Virus record (IMG/VR): IMGVR_UViG_3300032218_002590
Coordinates: 15,379-79,378 of that record
Source: a virus
Lineage: Duplodnaviria; Caudoviricetes
Length of the DNA stretch: 64,000 nt
Strand: one strand, 5' to 3'
The notes beneath the pieces were generated by a model. That model saw nothing but the letters and a program-made list of their open reading frames with translations, was not told where the DNA came from and searched no databases. The position numbers and the translations under genes are program-made. Below, in pieces: positions 29,384 to 38,726 of this stretch. Positions within the stretch are counted from its first letter, which is position 1, and each line of letters starts with the position of its first letter.

Positions 29384-31027
29384 TTAGTTCCACATATACG
29401 AGACCTCTTCTTGTACGTCACCATACCAAACACTGCCGTCAGATACAAACCCTTCATCACCCTCTAACCCGGTGGTAATAAATCCAAACGGTGCCATATC
29501 TTGCTCAATTTGATTTTTTTGATCTTCGTATATTCTTTTACGAACATCGTTATCTGTCATCTCTTTGAAATAATCTTGAACTGCCAACCAAGCAAAAATA
29601 ACGAGACACATTACAAGGTCATCATGGAATCCATCGTCAGCTTCAAACGATTGCTTTTTCTGAATAAATGTGGTAAGCTCATTGATAATATCATAATCTC
29701 TAAACAATAATTTGTCATCTTCAATAATTTGTTTAAGATTTTGGCAACCAACTTTTTTAACAGTGATACTCATCTTGACACCAAGCTGAGTTTTATTTCC
29801 AGAGAATCCCTGCCCCACAATTTGCCCAGCCCTACCTCTCATAGAACACATAAGAACATTAGGATACTCAAGATCATAGTTAAGAATGGATGCTACTTGA
29901 TCTCCAACGTCATTTACTTCACAAAGAACGTAGGCATTATTGTATGCTCTTGCTACGTCGTTAATAACGTTTGGGAAAAGCATTGGTTTAATTTCGTTGT
30001 TTCGATACTTAGCAACAATTTTATATGGAAGTGTTGTAATATCAAAAACAATAAAAGCAGAATAATCTCCACCTATACCTCGTGAAACGTCAGCAGTAAT
30101 AATGTATTCCGATTTTTCATTTGGTTTTTCGTAAATGTCCAAACCTTTGCTAGTACTTATTGGCGTATCAAATACTAGGTTTCTTAATTTAGAAGCAGCA
30201 ATAAGAGTGTCAACCGATCCAAGAAATTCGCATTCAAATTCCTGAGTAAACTGTCTTGCTGATGTATTCTTGATTGTTTCTTCTTTCCATTTTTCATCAC
30301 GACCAGGAACTTCAGACCAATGAACCTCTGTCCAGATGTAATTGTTTCTTTGGTTTTGAGCATCTACCCACAACTTATAGAAGTGGTTCATACCATAGGG
30401 GGTAGAAATAATAATAACTTTTGTTTTTTGACCAGACGAAATAGTAGGATACACGGACGAGAAAAAGTCGTCAGCAATGTGATTTGGAACGAAAGCAAAT
30501 TCGTCCAAAAAGATAATGTTAAATGACATTCCTCGAACAGCAGATGCTGATGTTGAAGCAGCCATAATCTTAGAACCGTTCTCCAGTTCCATAGAACCTT
30601 TGTTCCAGGAGAGAACACCCTGCTGTAACCACTTAGGAAGATTCTCGTATGCTGTTTGCAATCTTCCTAATAAGTCACGAGCAGTAGAAGCTTTGTTTGC
30701 TAGAATACCAATATTAGAACTATCATTAAACAAAGCATAATGAAGAAGATAAGAAACCACAACAGTAGATTTGCCTGTCTGTCTTGGTAGTTTGGCAATA
30801 TTAAATCTATTATTGTGAAATTTTTTGACAAGTTCTTTCTGAAAATCATACATTTTGAATGGAATCAAGCCCTCGTCAACCTGGACGATCTTGACGTAAT
30901 TCAAAGCAAAATATACAGGATCTTCCTTACATTTTAAGTATTCTTTAATTTCTGCTTTAGTCCAATCTTGGGCAACGTTTGCTTTTTTTAGAAGCGGGTT
31001 GCCCAAATAAATCTGGTCACTACTCAT
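29384..31027 (-). CDS. gp17: Terminase large subunit (gp17)
   Basis: PRQTGKS, FLDEFAF, ISTPYG, ADVSRGIGGDYS, HDDLVM. Confidence 0.98.
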   Translation of the reverse strand: MSSDQIYLGNPLLKKANVAQDWTKAEIKEYLKCKEDPVYFALNYVKIVQVDEGLIPFKMYDFQKELVKKFHNNRFNIAKLPRQTGKSTVVVSYLLHYALFNDSSNIGILANKASTARDLLGRLQTAYENLPKWLQQGVLSWNKGSMELENGSKIMAASTSASAVRGMSFNIIFLDEFAFVPNHIADDFFSSVYPTISSGQKTKVIIISTPYGMNHFYKLWVDAQNQRNNYIWTEVHWSEVPGRDEKWKEETIKNTSARQFTQEFECEFLGSVDTLIAASKLRNLVFDTPISTSKGLDIYEKPNEKSEYIITADVSRGIGGDYSAFIVFDITTLPYKIVAKYRNNEIKPMLFPNVINDVARAYNNAYVLCEVNDVGDQVASILNYDLEYPNVLMCSMRGRAGQIVGQGFSGNKTQLGVKMSITVKKVGCQNLKQIIEDDKLLFRDYDIINELTTFIQKKQSFEADDGFHDDLVMCLVIFAWLAVQDYFKEMTDNDVRKRIYEDQKNQIEQDMAPFGFITTGLEGDEGFVSDGSVWYGDVQEEVSYMWN

Positions 31028-31256
31028 TCAAACCCCGTTGTATATCTTTATCAATGGCATCCATATTATTTAATCTGTTTTCCCACCCCCTTCCATCAGT
31101 CGTTCCTTTGCAAGGATTGATGCAAGTATCATCACCAAATTTATCACAAACAAGAGAGGCTAGTTCTGTCTCATTTCCTTTCTTGTTTGTTCCAGACCAA
31201 TAATGCTGATCATTTATCCACGTAGCGCCACACTTGGAGCAGGTTTTAATATTCAT
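31020..31256 (-). CDS. Small Cys-rich hypothetical protein
   Basis: CxxC ... LASLVC ... CINP; coupled to gp17. Confidence 0.7.
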   Translation of the reverse strand: MNIKTCSKCGATWINDQHYWSGTNKKGNETELASLVCDKFGDDTCINPCKGTTDGRGWENRLNNMDAIDKDIQRGLNE

Positions 31257-31262
31257 AATTTA

Positions 31263-31955
31263 CTACTTTTTTTTACTTAAAATTGGAACACTAAAGCGTT
31301 CCCATATCTTTGGACCATACGAACATTCTTCTTTAGTTTCCGGTTTCTGACACATACGGCAGTATTTTTTTTCTTCGCTGTTTTCTTTTTCTTCTTTGTG
31401 CAATACCTGCTCGTATGTGCTATTCATGTACCTAGCAGAAGCTCTTAGGTAATCTGATGCTAGAGTTATTTTTGATTGTACCCATGCTGGAACTTGCATA
31501 TCGGGTTTTTTAATAACCCCACGTAACATATCAATAGAATATTCTAATTCACTTAAGTCATTAAGAATCATTGATCCTTCATTATCTAACTCAGTTCCTG
31601 CTGCTATTGCAAGATGATTTTCTTGAACCACCGTTTCTTTTGCAGCTACTTCAGTTTCCACTTGAGTTTCTGCTTCTATAGGAGAATGATCTTCCTGCAC
31701 CAAAGATTCTTTAATCTGCTTATAAGTTTTTTTATTCTTCCACTCGGACTTAAGTTTTTTTTCCATTGGTAGTAAGTGCTTGTAGTAATCGGGAAACTCG
31801 GCAATATGCTGTAAGGCAATTTCGTAGGCTGCTTTGTGATCAGTAACATGTTCACGTTCAACAGTAGATCCAATCTCTGCTTGACGAATTACATATTTGA
31901 CAGAGACTCCATGCTCTCTCGCAATTTCTTTTTCTGTAGGAACTCTTTTTTTCAT
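31263..31955 (-). CDS. Modular hypothetical protein (DUF5661-like N-terminus, C-terminal CxxC...C)
   Basis: GSTVEREH...AYEIALQHIAEFPDYY; PAWVQSKITLASDYL; YCRMC...EECSYG. Confidence 0.65.
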   Translation of the reverse strand: MKKRVPTEKEIAREHGVSVKYVIRQAEIGSTVEREHVTDHKAAYEIALQHIAEFPDYYKHLLPMEKKLKSEWKNKKTYKQIKESLVQEDHSPIEAETQVETEVAAKETVVQENHLAIAAGTELDNEGSMILNDLSELEYSIDMLRGVIKKPDMQVPAWVQSKITLASDYLRASARYMNSTYEQVLHKEEKENSEEKKYCRMCQKPETKEECSYGPKIWERFSVPILSKKK

Positions 31956-31975
31956 TAGTAAATCTCCCTTTATTA

Positions 31976-32602
31976 TTAGGGAACCGCTGGGTAATTAGTT
32001 GTCTTCACATATGCTGATGTGACCTTTGCCGCAGTAAAATTATTAGACCATGTTGCTAACCAAGGATAAGCAACGTCATCTGATGAAGTGGCAAAAATTG
32101 TTCCAGAATATGAATTATCATATAACCATTGTCCCCCATCCCACCTACACTGTTCGTCTCCGTAAATATAAGTTTCTTTTCCATAAGGAAAATAACCAAC
32201 GGGTGCCATTTTTCTCCAACTTTGCCCACCAACAAAACCAGAAGAAGGATTTCCGGGAGTATTGTATAAAGGACCATCTATTAATACCCATGCCGTGGCA
32301 TTTGGTTCAGCAGAATTTGCTGGATCATCTTCACCAAGAACAGGACAATCATTAATTATCACATTATTTATATCATGCCTTTGATACGCCTCTGGAGTTT
32401 TTGGAGTATTATCAGCATTTCTTGCTTGAAATGTAGCCGGAGTTTTTACAGTGTTGTCAGAATTTCTAGCAATATAATCTCCATTCCAAACTTTATATGT
32501 AATAGTACTCCATCCCTCACAACCACCAAATACACTAATTGTATTTGATAAAGGTTGTATTGGTTTTTCTACGTTATCTTTATCGTGTCTAATGTAAGAC
32601 AT
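31976..32602 (-). CDS. Hypothetical protein with short internal repeats
   Basis: ARNSDNTVKTP / ARNADNTPKTP / QRHDINN; late promoter motif at 32613-32620. Confidence 0.65.
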   Translation of the reverse strand: MSYIRHDKDNVEKPIQPLSNTISVFGGCEGWSTITYKVWNGDYIARNSDNTVKTPATFQARNADNTPKTPEAYQRHDINNVIINDCPVLGEDDPANSAEPNATAWVLIDGPLYNTPGNPSSGFVGGQSWRKMAPVGYFPYGKETYIYGDEQCRWDGGQWLYDNSYSGTIFATSSDDVAYPWLATWSNNFTAAKVTSAYVKTTNYPAVP

Positions 32603-32615
32603 TTTTTATTATTAT

Positions 32616-33035
32616 TTATTCCTCCCCAATTTTTCCCATTTCTTTAATCATCTTTTGAAGATCGGCAGTGCTACCAACAAACATAGTATTGTTAACTGTT
32701 GTAGGTCCTTTGCCTTTAACGGGCGCATCAAGATCCTTCATCTTCTTCTGAAGATCAATTAATTTATCAGTCATGTCTGAGACCTGCTTCATAGCGTTCA
32801 CAGCGACTTCAAACGCTCGGGGATGCCCTGACTCCTGAGCAACCTCTAAGGCGCCTTGCACGGCCTCCTGCCCCTTCTCTATGAGGTCATATAGCTGGCC
32901 TCGTGTGTATTCGTAATCTTTTTCTGGATCTTCTTTTTTAGCGGGAGGGTTTGGTTTCTTTTGAATAACCTCAGTTTGTTCTGCTGCAATTTCAATGTCA
33001 AATATTTGTTCCATATTTTTTTCAAATTGATTCAT
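32616..33035 (-). CDS. gp16: Terminase small subunit (gp16)
   Basis: DYEYTR, HPRAFEV, NNTMFVGSTADLQK. Confidence 0.93.
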   Translation of the reverse strand: MNQFEKNMEQIFDIEIAAEQTEVIQKKPNPPAKKEDPEKDYEYTRGQLYDLIEKGQEAVQGALEVAQESGHPRAFEVAVNAMKQVSDMTDKLIDLQKKMKDLDAPVKGKGPTTVNNTMFVGSTADLQKMIKEMGKIGEE

Positions 33036-33844
33036 AACAGATCAATTTCCTCAGTAAATCCAAAATCGTCATCTGCTGTTACCAATGCATCATCTACTGC
33101 GTTAATAACTCCATCATTATTATTATCTTCAAGAGCTTTTGGTGTGTAAGAAAATTTAGCATTACGCTTACTTTGATTAAGATCACCAACAGTTTCAAAA
33201 ATAATAGCCTTGCGAATAATATCCGCTTGATTAAAGGGACCGTAAATATATGATTTGGCGGTAAAACTTAAAGTCCACACAATACTTCTGCGCTTCATAA
33301 AATCATCTTCCCAATCATCTTCATAATTAATATTATTCAGTACAATTGCAACGTCACGTTTTTCATTCATATCAGGAATAAAATTAATCGTAATGTTAAA
33401 ATTTGGTTGAAAGTATGGTAAAATTTGTTCAAGAATTTGAAGGCTGTCATCTTGCGATTTTGCCAAGATACCCAATTCAAAATTCATGTTGTATGGAATT
33501 GGAACGTATTGAACCTTTACTTCATTTCCTTGATCGTTAATTATATTTTTATATTTCTGAACGGGGCTTGTTTTTCTACTAGAATCATAATCAATTCCAG
33601 ACATTTCAAAATATAATCTAGGAAGCCTGATATTTCCGTAGGGTGCTCCTGGACCAGGATTAGGATTTTGTTCCAATCTAGTCAGGTATTTATTTTTGGG
33701 TCCATAAGCTAATGGAACCTTTTGTACCTCTATAACATCTGATGTACTTGGATCTGTTTTTTTTATTTCAATATTATTAAATAGAGTTCCAAATCCAACA
33801 ACTGTTTTTCTAATTGCTTCGTTGTAAAAATGTGTTCCTAACAT
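33032..33844 (-). CDS. gp15: Tail sheath stabiliser (gp15)
   Basis: HFYNEAIRK..GFGTLFNNI, VPLAYGP, QILEQILPYFQP. Confidence 0.95.
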   Translation of the reverse strand: MLGTHFYNEAIRKTVVGFGTLFNNIEIKKTDPSTSDVIEVQKVPLAYGPKNKYLTRLEQNPNPGPGAPYGNIRLPRLYFEMSGIDYDSSRKTSPVQKYKNIINDQGNEVKVQYVPIPYNMNFELGILAKSQDDSLQILEQILPYFQPNFNITINFIPDMNEKRDVAIVLNNINYEDDWEDDFMKRRSIVWTLSFTAKSYIYGPFNQADIIRKAIIFETVGDLNQSKRNAKFSYTPKALEDNNNDGVINAVDDALVTADDDFGFTEEIDLL

Positions 33845-34725
33845 CAGAAATTATCCGTAATATTACCATATTCACCAAAAGGATTTACTTCAGAAAAATC
33901 TAATAGTTGATTTCCTTCTTGCTCAATGTATTTATTATCATCATACTCACTATTAGCATCATCAATAGAATCGAAAGAATCTATCCTCCACGAGGCATTA
34001 CTTTCAGAACCGACAACAAATTCTCCATCTACAAGATTTCCAGTTCTATCAATTACAGTTAATTTTTTAGTAGATGGATACCAAGATTTTACTTTTGCAG
34101 TAAAATCTGAAGTAGCTCCTTCAACAGTTTCTCCAATATTATAGCGACCCGTTCCTCCTGCCGCCATAGTATATTCCACCGCAGGATCTGTTAGATCATC
34201 TATTAAATCTATATCATCTATGCCAGTATCAATAGATTCATTGCCGATTTCATAAATTTCTGCAGTAATACTATAAAAATATAAGTCGCCAAGTTGGTAA
34301 AATACTTTTTCTACTTCTACAAATTTTATTTCATATAAATTTTTAGTTAATGGAAAATAAATTAAATCTCCTTCAACTGGTCTATCTTCTTCTATTATAG
34401 TGAGAATACTTTTAGATTCTTCTTGCCAACGTCTTTTAGAAACAATAAATTTTATTTCGTCGGTAATTGTTAATCCAAATTTACTAATAAATTCTGAAGG
34501 AGAACCAAACCCTTCTATATTTTGAAGTAACATTTCTATTACTATTTTTTGATTAAATTCAGAATAAACAATATCGTTTAATTGATTATCTTGAATAATT
34601 TTTCTTGGCAAATAATAAACATCAGTACCAAACAATTTGATTTGTTCGTCTACTAAATCCTGAATTAAATTTTGTTCTCCCCTGAACCCACCATAATTGA
34701 TGGGAAAATAGTGACTAGTTGCCAT
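33844..34725 (-). CDS. gp14: Neck protein (gp14)
   Basis: EQNLIQDLVDEQI, SKFGL, RPVEGDLIYFP, FSEVNPFG. Confidence 0.95.
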   Translation of the reverse strand: MATSHYFPINYGGFRGEQNLIQDLVDEQIKLFGTDVYYLPRKIIQDNQLNDIVYSEFNQKIVIEMLLQNIEGFGSPSEFISKFGLTITDEIKFIVSKRRWQEESKSILTIIEEDRPVEGDLIYFPLTKNLYEIKFVEVEKVFYQLGDLYFYSITAEIYEIGNESIDTGIDDIDLIDDLTDPAVEYTMAAGGTGRYNIGETVEGATSDFTAKVKSWYPSTKKLTVIDRTGNLVDGEFVVGSESNASWRIDSFDSIDDANSEYDDNKYIEQEGNQLLDFSEVNPFGEYGNITDNF

Positions 34726-34726
34726 G

Positions 34727-35557
34727 TTAACCTATCATGTCCATTGGCATTGTTGAATAATCAGAAAGCATTTTGGCTTCTAATTCTTTAACTTCGTTAT
34801 TTCCATCTTCCCATAACTGTCTGCCATTTAATGATATACCACCAGGCAATTGAATGTTATTGTATTTAATCATATTCTGTCCCCACTGTCTTTTAATAAG
34901 AGCTGTAGTATATCTCTTCAAAAAACTATCATTGTAAATTTGAGACCACTGCTGTGGATCCAAAGCACGTTGGCATTCAATTACCAAATATCTATTTTGT
35001 TTAACTCTTGATACATCAATATCAAGATATAATCTATCTTGGCGTTTGTTAAAACGATATTGAACCAAACCACCAACATTTACAACCATGTCAAGAGTTT
35101 CAAAATACTGCTTAATCATATAATAGTATGACATGTCAAAGTTACCAAAAGTATAACCAGAAGAGAATGAAAAAATATCCAATAGAAAATACTGGTTGCT
35201 CAATCCCCACATTTCGTTGGAAGAAAGATTTGAGGTAACTCCAAATACTTTTTCAATACCAATTACGTGATCTGGAACTTCAATAAAATTTTTTCTGTTT
35301 GTCCAGTCGGCTGCATCTGGGTCATCTGTAGAACTAAATTCATCTGTCTCACTAAATCTAATTACGTCTTCTGCAGTAAACTCATGCTTTAAATACATTT
35401 TTTCAATACCATCGTAATGGTATTCTTGATAATATTGTATAGCGTCATCAACAATATCGTCCAATTGATCTTGATCCACATTAATTTCTAGAATGGGGGC
35501 ACCAAGCCTTCGTAGACAATAATCTTTAAATTCTTCTTTGTTGGTTGGCTTTGCCAT
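34727..35557 (-). CDS. gp13: Neck protein (gp13)
   Basis: YCLRRLGAP..EINV, KRQWGQNMIKY, LPGG..LNG. Confidence 0.95.
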   Translation of the reverse strand: MAKPTNKEEFKDYCLRRLGAPILEINVDQDQLDDIVDDAIQYYQEYHYDGIEKMYLKHEFTAEDVIRFSETDEFSSTDDPDAADWTNRKNFIEVPDHVIGIEKVFGVTSNLSSNEMWGLSNQYFLLDIFSFSSGYTFGNFDMSYYYMIKQYFETLDMVVNVGGLVQYRFNKRQDRLYLDIDVSRVKQNRYLVIECQRALDPQQWSQIYNDSFLKRYTTALIKRQWGQNMIKYNNIQLPGGISLNGRQLWEDGNNEVKELEAKMLSDYSTMPMDMIG

Positions 35558-35572
35558 TGTAGACAGACAATT

Positions 35573-35651
35573 TATAAATATTTATGGTTTTTGTAAATGA
35601 CCGAATTGCAATAGTTATAAATAATTGCAAGAACAAAACCATAATTTTTTT
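35573..35651. promoter_or_regulatory. Divergent late promoter region at the strand switch
   Basis: TATAAATA (+) at 35573-35580 and 35616-35623; CATAAATA (-) at 35579-35586; nested inverted repeats. Confidence 0.75.
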
Positions 35652-35716
35652 GATTGATAGTTTGTTTAAATGATGCTGTACATTATTGTTCCCACTAACT
35701 CATAGACATTACTATC

Positions 35717-38218
35717 ATGGCAGCACCCATTTTACAGTTTAAAAGAGGAACTACAGTTCCTGGAAGTATTTTTAACGCAGCGGAACCAGTTTATAATACA
35801 ACCGGTAAAATTCTGTATCTTGGAGATGCAGGTGGTACTGGCACTGGAGCTGGTTCTGCTGTTGCTAGTGCGAGCACCTATGCAGCCGCATCAGAAATTC
35901 TTGTCAAATCTGTAGCTAGCACGAGTGCTGGTCAGGTACTTCTCAAAGATGCTCAAGCATCACAGAATACCTTAACCGTTAAAGCACCCGCTACAGTAAC
36001 AGCAAGTTATAGCTTCACCCTTCCTGCCGCTGTTCCTGCTGGAGCAAGCGGATACTTTATGACCAGTGACACAAGTGGAAACACTTCATGGTCACAGGTT
36101 GGTATTTCAATAGTAACTGGTTTAGGAACTGGAGTTTCTACATTCCTTGCCACTCCTTCATCGGCAAACTTAGCATCAGCAGTAACCGACGAAACTGGTT
36201 CTGGATCACTCGTATTTGCTACCAGCCCAACTCTTGTTACTCCACTTCTCGGAACTCCTACTTCAGGAACCCTAACCAATTGTACTGGTCTTCCTGTTGC
36301 AGGTATCTCTGGTTTAGGAACTGGCGTTGCTACGTTCCTTGCTACTCCTTCTTCAGCAAACTTAGCTTCTGCTGTAACTGACGAAACTGGTTCTGGAGCA
36401 TTAGTATTTGGTACATCTCCAACACTAAACACTCCATCACTTTCTGGAGAAACATTCAGCACATCTAACAACGTCACTGCTGGAACAAACACTCAAGGTC
36501 AGGGTGCTCTCACTACTGACCTTAACGTAATCACCACAGCAGCCGCCGCTCCATCTGGTGTCACTCTACCAACAGCAACACTAGGCAGAAGAATTGTTAT
36601 TGTTAACAAAGGTGCTAATATTATAAACGTTTATCCTGCTACTGGCGGATCAATTGATGCTTTAGCAGCAAACGCTGCTATTGCAATTCCGGTTAACGGG
36701 TTACTAGAGTTTAATGCTTCTTCTGCCACACAATGGTATAGTTCATATAACTCTTCCGTTACTGGTACTGGCGTAACGTCATTTTCGGCAGGTACAACTG
36801 GTTTAACTCCTTCAACAGGAACAACTGGTGCTGTTACTCTTGGGGGAACCTTAGCAGTAGCAAACGGTGGTACTGGTGTTACTTCAAGTACTGGTTCTGG
36901 CAGTGTAGTGCTCAGCACTTCACCAACTCTTGTTACTCCAGCTCTTGGAACTCCTTCTTCAGGAACCCTAACAAGCTGTACTGGTCTTCCTATCTCCACT
37001 GGTGTTTCCGGTCTTGGAACTGGAGTTGCTACATTCTTGGCAACACCAACATCAGCAAACTTGATTTCTGCTGTAACTGACGAAACTGGTTCTGGATCAC
37101 TTGTATTTGCTACAAGCCCAACTCTTGTTACACCAGCTCTTGGAACTCCTTCTTCAGGAACCCTAACAAGCTGTACTGGTCTACCTGTTTCAACGGGTAT
37201 CTCTGGTTTAGGAACTGGCGTAGCTACATTCTTGGCAACACCAACATCAGCAAACTTAATTTCCGCTGTATCTGACGAAACTGGTTCGGGAGCACTTGTA
37301 TTTGCTACCAGCCCAACTCTTGTTACCCCAGCTCTTGGAACTCCTTCTTCAGGAACCCTAACAAGCTGTACTGGTCTTCCTATCTCTACTGGTGTTTCTG
37401 GTTTAGGAACTGGAGTTGCTACATTCTTAGCAACACCTTCTTCAGCAAACTTAGCTTCGGCTGTAACTGATGAAACTGGTTCTGGAGCACTTGTATTTGG
37501 TACTAGCCCAACTATTACTACATCATTAGTAGCTGGTGGTGCATCATTTGATTTGCTTAACACTACCGCAACTACGGTAAACTTTGCTGGTGCTGCCACT
37601 ACACTTACTGTAGGAAACACAGCAACAGCAGCACAAACTGTAAACATGTTTACGGCATCAACTGGTGCTTCAACATATAACATTGCTACTGGTGCTACTG
37701 CTACCGCAACAACCAAAGCAATTAACATTGGTACTAACGGTGTTTCTGGATCAACAACCAACATTACTATTGGTGGCTCTGCTGGTACTTCAACAACTAC
37801 TGTTAACGGAGACCTAACTGTTGGCGGAAACCTAACAATTTCTGGTAACACTACTATCCTCAACACTCAAACAATTCAGGTTGAAGATAGATTTATTGAA
37901 TTGGGTCTAGTTAATGGTGCTGCTCCAGCATCTGCTACAACATGGGATTCTGCAATCGGATTTAACTACTTTGCTACAACAGCAAAGAAATCTGGTATTG
38001 TCTGGTTGGACAACACTGGATTTGCTCTTGCATCTGAACTTGCTATTGGCTCTGGTGATACTGGAACTACCGCAGCAGATCCTCAGCTAACTGTAACAAC
38101 TCATGCTACATTGGCGGTTGGTAATTTGTTTGTTGGTGCTCTTGGTACTGCTACAAACGAAGTTATTAACTCATCTAAGCAAGTTATTAACGTAACAATT
38201 GATTGTGGAACATATTGA
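35717..38218 (+). CDS. Fibre-like virion protein with Mtd-like N-terminus and 64-65-aa repeats
   Basis: ILQFKRG N-terminus; Thr/Gly/Ser/Ala-rich; GDLTV...IQVEDRFIELG fibre motif; C-terminal IDCGTY. Confidence 0.75.
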   Translation: MAAPILQFKRGTTVPGSIFNAAEPVYNTTGKILYLGDAGGTGTGAGSAVASASTYAAASEILVKSVASTSAGQVLLKDAQASQNTLTVKAPATVTASYSFTLPAAVPAGASGYFMTSDTSGNTSWSQVGISIVTGLGTGVSTFLATPSSANLASAVTDETGSGSLVFATSPTLVTPLLGTPTSGTLTNCTGLPVAGISGLGTGVATFLATPSSANLASAVTDETGSGALVFGTSPTLNTPSLSGETFSTSNNVTAGTNTQGQGALTTDLNVITTAAAAPSGVTLPTATLGRRIVIVNKGANIINVYPATGGSIDALAANAAIAIPVNGLLEFNASSATQWYSSYNSSVTGTGVTSFSAGTTGLTPSTGTTGAVTLGGTLAVANGGTGVTSSTGSGSVVLSTSPTLVTPALGTPSSGTLTSCTGLPISTGVSGLGTGVATFLATPTSANLISAVTDETGSGSLVFATSPTLVTPALGTPSSGTLTSCTGLPVSTGISGLGTGVATFLATPTSANLISAVSDETGSGALVFATSPTLVTPALGTPSSGTLTSCTGLPISTGVSGLGTGVATFLATPSSANLASAVTDETGSGALVFGTSPTITTSLVAGGASFDLLNTTATTVNFAGAATTLTVGNTATAAQTVNMFTASTGASTYNIATGATATATTKAINIGTNGVSGSTTNITIGGSAGTSTTTVNGDLTVGGNLTISGNTTILNTQTIQVEDRFIELGLVNGAAPASATTWDSAIGFNYFATTAKKSGIVWLDNTGFALASELAIGSGDTGTTAADPQLTVTTHATLAVGNLFVGALGTATNEVINSSKQVINVTIDCGTY
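36119..37520 (+). repeat. Coding repeats of 192-195 nt (GLGTGVATFLATPSSANLASAVTDETGSG...CTGLP)
   Basis: Copies start at 36119, 36311, 37010, 37205 and 37400, plus a partial copy at about 36895-37009. Confidence 0.9.
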
Positions 38219-38245
38219 TAATTAACATTACTTTCGTAATTAATT

Positions 38246-38722
38246 ATGGCAAACCCGATAATTAAAGTTAAGAGGTCGGAAACTGCTTCGGCAGTTCCGA
38301 CCCTCACCTACGGTGAACTAGGAGTAAATATTACCGACAAGAAAATTTTTGTCGGTAATTCTTCTAATGTTTCTACGTTGATAGTTGATGGAAACGCTAG
38401 TGGATCATCTACTACCATCAATGCTACTAATGACACTACAACCACCACACTTTATCCTATTATGGTTGGGGCACTCGGAAGCTCCCAAACCGTAAAAGCA
38501 CGAAGTACTGCAACTGCATTTAGTTTTAATGCTTCCACTAATGCTCTAAGTACTGCTAATCTTGGAGTTGGAGTAACAGCACCAGCATTCACCGCAGACA
38601 TTGCAGGAGACGCAAGAGTAACCTCCACAAACAAAATGAGATTTGGTGGAACTGCAGGAACCACAAATTTTTACATACAGTACAATTCAACTGCAAATAG
38701 TTTGGATTTTGTAGCAGGATAA
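38246..38722 (+). CDS. Small fibre-associated protein with Mtd/hyaluronidase-like N-terminal domain
   Basis: IIKVKRS...LTYGELGVNITDKKIFVG. Confidence 0.7.
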   Translation: MANPIIKVKRSETASAVPTLTYGELGVNITDKKIFVGNSSNVSTLIVDGNASGSSTTINATNDTTTTTLYPIMVGALGSSQTVKARSTATAFSFNASTNALSTANLGVGVTAPAFTADIAGDARVTSTNKMRFGGTAGTTNFYIQYNSTANSLDFVAG

Positions 38723-38726
38723 GATT

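Noticed and set aside
230-35557. Introns, inteins, frameshifts or stop-codon recoding in core genes
   Set aside because: gp41, uvsX, gp43, uvsW, gp23, gp20 and gp17 are continuous, of typical length and in the standard code
36631-37866. 411-aa minus-strand ORF with repeats, and similar short ORFs across 36-47 kb
   Set aside because: Antisense mirror of Thr/Gly/Ser/Ala-rich fibre repeats, whose codons leave the opposite frame free of stops
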